Below are positions 53,812 to 64,000 of a stretch of 64,000 nucleotides of DNA, one piece after another. Source of the DNA: Octopus vulgaris. Its lineage: Eukaryota. Within the stretch, counting starts at the first letter, position 1. The number at the start of each line of letters is the position of its first letter. The DNA is taken from NCBI GenBank assembly GCA_951406725.2, contig OX597825.1:2480001-2544000 (forward strand). The letters run 5' to 3'. The translations under genes were made by a program, and so were the position numbers. The notes under the pieces are model-generated. The model was not told the origin of the DNA. It made no database searches and was given only the letters and a program-made list of their open reading frames with translations.

Positions 53812-55629
53812 GTAGCAGACACCGGTCATCTGGTGATATTTGCCTCGACTTCGTAATTGTATATACATAAATTCAATGAAGTTTATTCACTGATTATCAA
53901 AATAAGAAATATTATACTACACTCGCGGTCACTTATCTTATTATTTTTAGAAATAATATCGTTCCTTTATATGTGTGTGTGTGTATGTATGTGTGTGTGT
54001 GTGCACATACGCACCTTGCTTACACCTCTCTACATCAATATGTCATTAAACCTGTGTTGGTGTGTCAGGTTCCACTTGTATTTAGAACGAAGTGTTTGGT
54101 GTCTTCGGGTTGCACAAATCTTTATCTTGCGGTTTGACAATTAAATCACTTGTTAGAATGAGGATGGGAAGGAAGCTGCTGTTACATTCATAATGCATAC
54201 ATTTTATTATGTAGGCAAACCATTCACTAAATATTTGTATATTATATACAGGGGTGCGTGGGTGAGCGTATGAGCATATACATATTACAATGTTCACACA
54301 TACATGTAAAAATGTTCTGTGCAGTTATATAGATATCCATGCACATACACACACGCAGTTGTATGTGAGTGTGGTTATGCTTGTACATATGCATAAAACT
54401 GCCTTGGGCCGACTTTATGCATATGTACATACGAGATTGGCGACAATATATCAATATTAATGGTTTTGTCGGCATATAAGTAACTAAACATCAAACTGGC
54501 TTCAGAAGATAAGAAAATTATGTAATTTCTTGAAGAATATAAGTGGACCTTTCTTTTGATGTTCCTAGATATGTTGAGACTTTGTCTCTTAGAAATTGTC
54601 CAATATGCCAGACTGCGTATTGACTTTACATGTCGGCTTGGCTATAATGGTAACACAGTTTCGTTACAAAGAAAACCAGGAGAAAACCTAGAACGTTAGC
54701 AAGACCAGTATGCTAGTAACGTTAGATAAAATTTCGTCTTAACTTACTCTAAATCATAATGAGGTGAAAAAGATATACAAGACTATATGGGTTGGTTTTC
54801 ACGTGTGATAACTCTCCTGGAAATAACACTTGGGACGCTAGAGGACTCAATAAATGTATGACAAATTTGAAAAAAATGCTATGGGTATGAGTAGAAAATA
54901 TTTCATCATAAATCGTGCGAGGGGTGAACACTGGTTAAGCAACAAGAAAATGAAAGAAAAGATATAAATAAGAAAAGAAACATTGGATAATATAGTCGTA
55001 CATAAAACACAAAAATAGGGAGACACTCATATCTTGAACCTTGAACGCTGTTTATTATAGCTTTGCTTGAACAGCTGTAATTTACGTCTAAACAACCTCA
55101 GTGATATATTGTTTTTTCAAGCAAGTAAAAAACACCAACTTTATGACAAAAGTTTATTGAATAAAAAGAGAATAAACGATTTAATATTAAGAATGGATCA
55201 AATAACATGGATATCCAATATGCGAAATACATCAAAGAACATTTTACGAAGGTGTGATATTGGCGCTGGCTGCTCTTATCCTAAATTCAACATGTTTGCT
55301 ACAAAGAACGGTGTTTGCAGACTGAACGCAAACTGAATTCCGTTTGATCAACCCGACTTTATCAGATCATGTTTGAAAACTTACATGTTTACATTTAGAA
55401 CATTCAAACCAAGTCGGCCATTGTTAGGAGACAAAATTATAAGTTGAGCTAAAGTAAACATATTCCTATCCACATTAATGGAACAGATTCACATACAATA
55501 TGACTGCATAGACGTACGCATGCGTATATAGTACGGTATTTTATAAATATTAGCTGTATACTAATCCGAAGCCAGACCTACATACGTATGTGAGTACAAC
55601 TCATTAATTATATTTTACTTGTTTCAGTC

Positions 55630-55685
<56 letters not shown>

Positions 55686-55740
55686 TGTATGTAAGTATAT
55701 AGTAGATTGAAAATGGAACATACAAGAATTTATTATTAAT

Positions 55741-55845
55741 CACGACAATTGTTTCGACTCATTTAGCATCGATCCCTGACGGGTGGGACACTCAACAATT
55801 GGCTCAGGAGCATCTGGCGATGCAGATGTGTCTCATTGAGTGTTG
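55741..55845 (-). ncRNA. Decayed hammerhead remnant
   Basis: Minus: cac ucaauga gac...guc GAAA caauug UC gug. The 3' half is the same as in the 536-bp array HHR; the 5' core is mutated. Confidence 0.35.
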
Positions 55846-55869
55846 AATAGACACAACACGTCAAGATAA

Positions 55870-55985
55870 CAGTTCGGCAATGTGTCTTTGGTAGGCGCGA
55901 GGCAATAGAAGAAGACACTTGCACAACAAGATGACACGCATAGGTTGGGAAGCAAGCTTCTATTTACACAGCCACACCTACGCCT
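55870..55985 (-). mobile_element. Truncated CORE-like tRNA SINE
   Basis: gaggcaatagaagaagacacttg..ggttgggaagcaagcttct..acacagccacaccta is homologous to 10380-10490. Confidence 0.65.
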
Positions 55986-56219
55986 ATAAAATAATTATCC
56001 GTAATAAACTTCATTCTGAGGGTTCGTAATTACTTAGTAATATCGGCAGATGTAGTTCATCAAAGATCTACAGCTAGTAATGGAAACAAGCATTGGTAAA
56101 ATCTAGAACCTCCTGCATAAGGGTGAATGCCTATATTATTATTTCCTTATGTATAGGTTTCATGGGAGCTGACCTGCTGCAAAAGAAAAACAAGAACTGC
56201 AGCAACAACAACAGCAACT

Positions 56220-56256
56220 GCTGTAGTAGTAGTGGTAGTGGTAGTAGTAGTAGTAA

Positions 56257-56307
<51 letters not shown>

Positions 56308-56338
56308 CAGCAGAATTATTATTATTATTATTATTATA
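56220..56338. repeat. (TAG)n and (TTA)n microsatellites
   Basis: Seen directly. Confidence 0.95.
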
Positions 56339-57521
56339 CAGTAATTTTATTTTTATAGCGTGCTTTCACTTCACTACCGAACGCAGCTCTGTGTGCCTTG
56401 GGTATGTGCTGTGATTTGTTGTGATGCTCTGATGGTTATTGTATGGAAAGTGTTCTGCGTAGGATGTGTGCAGTACCTAGTAGTGCAATTTTCTGTATGT
56501 TATATGTGTTTGTAAGTCCTGGTGTTTTTGTTATGTATTTGTCTGAAAATTTTTTTATCATGCCTAATGCACCTACTATGATAGGAATTGTTTCTGTTTT
56601 CAGATTCCACATTCTAGTTACCTCTATTTCCAGGTCTTTGTATTTTGAGAGTTTCTCCATTTCTTTTAGAGACACGTTGTCATCTGCCGGTATTGATACA
56701 TCAATTAGAAAGCATTTTTTTTCTTCATGATCTCTGACAACTATATCTGGTCTGTTGGCCTTAATTTCTCTATCTGTGTGTATCGGCATATCCCAGAGTA
56801 TGGTTGCTTTCTCGTTTTCTGTGACCTTTTCTGGTGTGTGCCGATACCATCTTTTTTCTGTTGTTATTCCATAATGTTGGCATAGCTTCCAATATATGTA
56901 GGTTCCAACTCTGTCATGTCTGTGAATATATTCCTTCTTAGCCAGGACTGGGCAGCTAGAGATAATATGATTCATTGTTTCTTGTCCATCTCCACATATT
57001 CTGCAGTTACTTGTAATATTTCTTTTCATTACATGTTTTTGGTAATTTCTGGTGGGTAGGCTTTGGTCTTGTGCTGCAATTAAAAATCCCTCTGTTTCTG
57101 CTTTGAGTCCTGAGCTTCTCAACCATTGCTGGGATTTTTCTTTGTCTATTTCTTTTGCGTTTAGTTTAGTGCAGTATTTACCACGAAGGGGCTTTTCTTG
57201 CCATCGTTTTATCATGGTTCGTTGCTGTTCTATTTTTAGTTTGGATTTCATTTGTTTTATAGCTTTTGTTGTTTCTTCATCATCTTCTTCTTCTTCTTCG
57301 TGTTTATTAGGTGGTATGATTTCTTGTTTGTATTTGTCAGCTTCCTTAAATACTGAGAACAGTTTTTTGTTTTGCTCGTGTTTTGCTGCTATCTGGATCA
57401 GTTTTCCTTCCTTCTGAAGTAGGTATTTTTGCAGTCCTATGGTGGTTATTTTATAGTAGTTTTCCAGCTGTATAAGGCCTCTACCACCTTCTATACGTTG
57501 TATATATAGTCTTTCTATGTC
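56339..57521 (-). mobile_element. 5'-truncated R4/Dong-type non-LTR retrotransposon inserted in (TAA)n
   Basis: Flanked by TTA/TAA runs on both sides. It carries the RLE-type ORF below plus a ~95-bp 3' UTR. Confidence 0.9.
56436..57521 (-). CDS. C-terminal part of a non-LTR retrotransposon ORF (post-RT region, CCHC knuckle, PD-(D/E)xK restriction-like endonuclease)
   Basis: Uninterrupted frame that extends 90 codons upstream of the listed Met: DIERLYIQRIEGGRGL..AAQDQSLPT..CRICGDGQETMNHIISSC..RHDRV..RPDIVV..LIDVSIP..EKLSKYKDL..PIIVGALG. Confidence 0.9.
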   Translation of the reverse strand, partial: DIERLYIQRIEGGRGLIQLENYYKITTIGLQKYLLQKEGKLIQIAAKHEQNKKLFSVFKEADKYKQEIIPPNKHEEEEEDDEETTKAIKQMKSKLKIEQQRTMIKRWQEKPLRGKYCTKLNAKEIDKEKSQQWLRSSGLKAETEGFLIAAQDQSLPTRNYQKHVMKRNITSNCRICGDGQETMNHIISSCPVLAKKEYIHRHDRVGTYIYWKLCQHYGITTEKRWYRHTPEKVTENEKATILWDMPIHTDREIKANRPDIVVRDHEEKKCFLIDVSIPADDNVSLKEMEKLSKYKDLEIEVTRMWNLKTETIPIIVGALGMIKKFSDKYITKTPGLTNTYNIQKIALLGTAHILRRTLSIQ

Positions 57522-57598
<77 letters not shown>

Positions 57599-57599
57599 G

Positions 57600-57990
57600 C
57601 CTTCTAACGCTGGAGACGTACTACGGTGCCACCAGTTCACTACCAGTGAACTAAGGTAACATCCCTTATTTTTCGAGCACCTTCCAGGGTATTCCAGCGG
57701 TTCCAAGCTATGCTGTTTTCTTCAATTGCTCCAACCTTATTGCAGCCCCTATTTCTTCCATGTACTTCTCAAGATTTTTACACATTGTTCCCAGGACTCC
57801 AACAATTAGTAGTACTACTGCTACCTTTTTCATCAACCACAACTGCTTAACCACCAAAGCTAACCTCTCATACCGCTCGACCTTTCTTTCTTCCTTATCG
57901 CATACTTTGTTCGCAATTAAGACAATGTCCAGCACCCTACTCTCTATCTCGTGGTCGCACTGAATTATAAAATCCCACAGCATCTTTGAA
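57600..57990 (-). mobile_element. Older, internally deleted R4/Dong-type 3' fragment between (TAA)n arrays
   Basis: LWDFIIQCDHEIESRVLDIVLI..KEERKVERYERL..LIVGVLG..LKKTA*LGTA, an RLE-domain relic. Confidence 0.8.
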
Positions 57991-58004
57991 TTATCATGGC
58001 TCTG

Positions 58005-58085
<81 letters not shown>

Positions 58086-58113
58086 TATGATGATGATGAT
58101 GATGATGATGATG

Positions 58114-58171
<58 letters not shown>

Positions 58172-58191
58172 TGATGATGATGATGATGATG

Positions 58192-58257
<66 letters not shown>

Positions 58258-58370
58258 TAATAATAATAATAATGATGATGATGATGATGATGATAATAAT
58301 AATAATAATAATAATAATTATTATTATTATTGTTATTATTGTTGTTGTTGTTATTGATGATGGTGATGTT
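58005..58370 (+). repeat. Alternating (AAT)n/(GAT)n array switching to (ATT)/(GTT)
   Basis: Seen directly. Confidence 0.95.
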
Positions 58371-59083
58371 GGTCGATGTTGTTTATATTTAAAGTTGATA
58401 TTCTACTCATTATTTCGCTTTGTTCAGCTTTTGGTTGTACACGAAGGTCCGTAACGTTCCAGAATATGGTAAAACTGAGCAGACAGTGAACTTTTCATAT
58501 GACCTGGGCAATTATAGGCTTTGGTAATATTTATCCGGAAGCGGATAAGCATTTTGTAAGTTTCCAACAAAGTTAACTCTAATTTCAAATGATACTTGAT
58601 ATTTATAAACGAAGAATACTAAAAAACTCATCACTGTAAGAGAAAACTTTCCCTGTGTAAAGTGATATACAATACTAAGCGAATAGACATGAATATTAAA
58701 TTCCATTGGTATTCAGAGTTGAAAGTAGATTGCATAATGAAAAGTATTAAGCACAGCATAGTATTATGTTGTACAGAAAACACATTGAGAAATGCAAACG
58801 CGCACACAGCATGCATATTTGCATTGGAGTTCATTGATAAAGACATATATGGATGTATGCAAGTATGTGTATGTTCATGTGTATATATGCCTGTGTGCAT
58901 GGATATTAGGTATGTACATGTATATCAAACTCTCACCATATACGCATTTACACACATACAAACTTGCACCCATATATAATACAAATATAGATATATTTAT
59001 ACATACACGCGGAAACAAATATACTCATTATACCTGCGTTTTTCATTACGGTAATTCATATGTAGCTATGAATACTTATAGAG

Positions 59084-59540
<457 letters not shown>

Positions 59541-61969
59541 ATGAATGTAATTCTTCTATTTGTACGTCATCGTCAATAATTAATTTAATCATTTTGTGCT
59601 CTGGGCAGAGGAAAAGCTGATTCTTCGACTAATCGATGCATCCAGTCCTCAACTGCTAATTATTTCATCCAACCCAACACTATATAAGGTCAAGTGCACC
59701 CAGCTAGTATTTGTTCTAAAGTTTCACCATAGTATATTGCTATCACGTGATTTATCCAATGAAAGCTTACATAATATCTAAACATAACATATTGTTCTGT
59801 CTTATGGAGTAGAATATGGATGTTTTAACAATATTTAAACATAAATGGCAATGATCGTAATATCGTATCCGTTATTTAGATACATATTGATCGATCAACA
59901 TAGAATATTCCTTTTGTCTCAAAGTTTGTTGCTTTCTTGCAATCCAAACTTTCTCAAATTGTTTATTAATACATATATCCCACCCACCCCACCAGAGTTA
60001 TTATTTATAAACTTTATATTTAAAATACGCATATCATGAGCTGTATGACATTCTCAGAATTTATAGCTTGTTAGGAGAATATGTGCGTTTAATTAAAACA
60101 CCTTTGTTTTATCATATCATAGTGTTTAATAACCGTCGAGGCTAAAGACTAAAAGCATGCATCGCATAAGTTTGTGACATTTCCTGAATATTCCCATTTA
60201 TTCATTTATTTTGATACGTGTATTTTATGAGGTACCAAAACAACGTGCATATATATATTCACGTACATATACACACATATGTACATCCATGCATGACTAC
60301 GCGCATATATGATATTTGTATGAGTGTGTGTGTGTGCGTAAATATCTGTAAGTGAGCGCAAACTTGTTATCGGCCTAAGTTATATCACATGCATTTTTGT
60401 GTACTAAATATTGTGTTGTAAGCAAACAATAACCTATAAACACACACGAATGCGTTTATGTATATATCTACACATACACAGGTATTATTGGGTACTAAAT
60501 TTAAATCATTTGCTTTTTTATTTACATTGAAGTTTAATGTAAAATGTCAATACAGGTTATTGCTTTCTGTTGAATTGGAATTTAAAAGAATTTTAGAGTT
60601 AATGTACGTATTATTTCCGAAGTATATATCTCAAGTATTCAATAAAATTTTAGCGAATGACTCTAAACTTTACAGGAAGAGAGTTTCCATGAAAATTCTA
60701 ATATATTGCAATGCTACATATAATTGTCTTCTTTGCTTTTCACAATGCCTCACTTTATGAAGTATGACATTTGCTTAGCTGCTGCATATTACTGAAAATG
60801 CTCTGTCTAAATATCTTTCGTTAACAGGCAACAAAATATTCGAATAAATATTTGAGAAAGAAATATTTCATATAATATAGGATAACGAAAATTTCTCACA
60901 TTACAGACACACACACTCACACATACACATATATATATATATATATATATATGCTAATGCAGGCACACACACACACACAAATATTATGTATGATTATACA
61001 CTCGGGTACGCATGCTTGTGTATCTGTAATTCTTTGTCAATCATTTTCATAACTTTGGAACTAATGGGAAAAATTCCTACACGTGTTGATAAAATAATTT
61101 TGCAGGAATGTAAAAAGAATATGACAAATGAGACATAATTTGGAAGGGGCGATGCTTAGCATCTTTCGGGGATCATCTTCAATATATATATTGTTTTTTG
61201 TCTATATTCAGTAATGAATTCTCATAATCCTCATATTATGATGCTTGGTGCCCCGACATTATAATTACTAATTCGAAACTTGTATGAACTCAAAAAGTCT
61301 TAAACACGATCTACTCCTTCCTCAGACTGTGTTTCTTATTCAAAAATCGATTTTATACTTTCAGTTCGTGAGTACGGATTTTTCTTAAATCTTCAAACTG
61401 ATAAAAATTATCGTAATATATTTACAAACGCGTTGAAATAATTTGTATATAAATCAATATATTTCAACTTAGTTTACGGTTGATTGCGTATTTTCATAGT
61501 TTTTATTATGACCATCTCGTATTTATGTGTTTGGTATCTATGTATCTATATGTTTGTCTATCTTTCTATCTGTCCCTTTTTTTTTTCATTTACGAAAATA
61601 AAAGGTCTACGTTTGTATTTGTCCCCTCTGTGTTCAGCTGTGTGTGGCCAATAAAGCAAGTTGTCTATCTCTCTATCATCTATCTCTTTCACTCTCTCCC
61701 TAAATACATAATACCTGTCTGTCCATCCATCCACCCATCCATCTATCTATCTATCTGTATACATGCATTTTATATTTCCGTATCTCTTGCTTTCTCTCTA
61801 TCCCTTTCTCTATCTCTCTATCCCTTCATACATAAATATATACGCATTTGTGTATGTATACATATGTGTGTATGTGTGTGCATGTATTTACGCCCATAAT
61901 TCATTTAATTTGGTACTTTTTCCAGTCACATTTCTTGCAGCATGTTTATAATATAAACTTTAGTGCATA

Positions 61970-62443
61970 AAGCTTACACTCTAACGTTGGAACATGATAC
62001 TGACTTATTTCTCTGCATAGCTGATAACCACGCTAGTCCTGTCCCTCTCTCACTTTGATTACAGAACCTATTGTATTTTAAAACGTTTGCCAAGAGTTGT
62101 TTGCGGAATGTAAGCAATGCCATATTTACTTGCACCTCGCAGTACAGAATGAAATTCTCTGCAACTGGTTTTGTGAACTGCATTTTGAGCTCTGTGAATA
62201 TTTTGCTCACACTGCACGCCGCAAGTCCTTCACACGCGTTTATGAAATGTGAGCATTCAGCATTCAGACAGTTCTGTTATTGCAACCATTGTTTTGCGTT
62301 ACAGTTGCATATTTCAGGTATTTAGCAGTATTCTCAATGACAAAACCTAATGCTTTTCGGGTAAAGTTATTTACTCAGTAGTCATGTTGCTCATTTTACT
62401 TGCTGGGGCAACGGATTTCTTCTGAAAATAGTTAGCTTACAGG

Positions 62444-62526
<83 letters not shown>

Positions 62527-62790
62527 CATTTTCACATCACAAAACTCTATGTAAGATCTTAAGGGAATTTCTCTGGTCTTTTCCCTATTGATGAAAAAGT
62601 ATCTTGGAATTTCTACCAGTAGATTTATGTTCTGCAATAAATAACATTGTTACTGGATGTACTCTTTCAAATGTATTTCATTATAGGAAAAAGTACTGTC
62701 GTCTGTGTTTTACTTGGCATTTAAGGTCAGATTTCTGAAAGGAAAACTGTTTCATGGCATAAAATATTTACCAAAACATTCTTTGATATA
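61970..62790 (-). pseudogene. Possible piggyBac-like transposase relic, interrupted by (TA)n
   Basis: Minus remnants in the expected order: MPSK (~YMPxKP), NNGCNNRTV*MLNA (~MGGVDxxDQ), VAENFILY..MALLTFRKQL (~NAFILY..LLxFRxxL). Confidence 0.35.
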
Positions 62791-63329
62791 ATTATCTAAA
62801 TTATGTCATTACGTTGAAATAGCTCTTCTATACTGAATATATACGTACTTATGAGCATGTCAGCGAAAGCTATACACATTGGTGGAAAAATACCTAATAA
62901 ATCAGAGTCAAAACTTACGGCTACAATAACATATATATATATATATTATTGTATTATATATAAGGACAATTACTAACTGGAACCCGGACATACATATGTG
63001 CCACTTTGGATCCTAATGTAAGCGTTATTAATAATATTATGAATGATAATAATGGTAACATTAATAGTATTGACAACGATAATGATGCTAACTTTAATGA
63101 CACTTTGGAAATTAGTAGGAAGTAATATAATGTACTATTGACTATGTATATTTGCATCTAGGTACTAATATGTGTATGTTTATTATCACAATATTAAGTT
63201 GAAAAACTGAAACATTGAATGTGGAACATATATATGTTTACTAATTTATATTATTTATTTACATTATTATGCATATGTATATTTTTATATATATAGGAGT
63301 GTGAGTATATGCACTCATATGTATATGTA

Positions 63330-63460
63330 TATCTCCGAAGAGACCTTATGATATTTTTGTAAATGTCTCATTTATATCTATATATTGACCTACCATAAAA
63401 GGCTAATATTGGTAAAATGAGACATACTTATCTACATAGCCGAAACAGCTGTTAACGCTA
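63330..63460 (+). ncRNA. Decayed hammerhead remnant with a long stem II
   Basis: CCGAAGA..[atgtctcattt/aaatgagacat 11-bp stem]..GAAA cagcug UU. Stem I is lost. Confidence 0.35.
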
Positions 63461-63575
63461 CTGTATATAACTCACTTTGATATTTATCATTGTTTGATTT
63501 CACTTTTTCAATATCAGCGACAGTGGACGCTGGAAAAAGTATAAGTATTTGTGAAGGAAATCTAATTCTCGGCGA

Positions 63576-63645
63576 CAACTATGATTGTCACACGCTGATG
63601 AGAGGTCAATACCTCGAAACTCGAGTCCGTGTGTATCATAAGTTG
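63576..63645 (+). ncRNA. Canonical type I hammerhead ribozyme, predicted cleavage after C63627
   Basis: caac-uaugau-ugu-cacacg CUGAUGA gagg-ucaaua-ccuc GAAA cucgag UC cgugug-u-aucaua-a-guug. All core nucleotides present and perfect stems. Confidence 0.92.
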
Positions 63646-63793
63646 AAGACGGGGAGGATGACTTCCCTTTACAAATACTTACAGGACACAGAAAGTGTGT
63701 CTATGGCCAGCTGGAGGAATGTGTCCTCCTGGGGCTAAAAACTACAGTAGCATCCACCCTTAGGGGTAGCCATAATGATATGGCAAATATACG

Positions 63794-63848
<55 letters not shown>

Positions 63849-64000
63849 AAACCTGAGTGTTTTTTTTTTCAGATATACATTATAACATGTTATAATGTAT
63901 ATCTGAAAGAAAAGAAAATGCTAGCAGAAATACTAAAAGCGCGACGCTTCATAGATTGGCCTTCAATCCATGTGCAGAATCATGCTGCACCTGCGGCACA

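Noticed and set aside
55200-55420. Possible hAT dimerisation-domain remnant
   Set aside because: It needs several frameshifts to see, so it is too weak to call without a search.
56443-57417. Plus-strand ORFs of 95 and 121 aa
   Set aside because: They are antisense shadows of the LINE ORF.
63490-63738. 82-aa ORF as a possible host exon
   Set aside because: It overlaps the hammerhead/pLTR-like repeat, has no recognisable domain and starts at a non-ATG codon.

Overview
Eukaryotic (animal), AT-rich intergenic or intronic DNA, densely packed with microsatellites. The SINE types and repeat landscape are what I would expect in an octopod cephalopod (inference from recalled sequence, not a database hit). 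I find no supportable host gene, and most ORF-track entries are microsatellite translation artefacts. Recognisable content: Nin/Deu-domain and CORE-like tRNA-derived SINEs; R4/Dong-type restriction-like-endonuclease LINE pieces inside (TAA)n arrays, one with an intact ~361-codon C-terminal frame; decayed mariner, Tc1 and piggyBac-like transposases; and several Penelope-like element (PLE) relics. The main signal is a dense set of type I hammerhead ribozyme (HHR) motifs: about 6 with an intact CUGANGA/GAAA core and about 8 degenerate, from several unrelated families, mostly in direct or inverted repeats next to (TA)n. The best case is a very young ~2 kb array (43445-45417) of a non-coding 536-bp HHR monomer in tandem plus inverted orientation. 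It is a candidate retrozyme or PLE pseudo-LTR system able to release a 535-nt unit-length, possibly circular, RNA. A textbook HHR lies at 63576-63645. The first ~7.8 kb looks like an unidentified decayed, intronless, gene-dense block, possibly an endogenous virus or large transposon.
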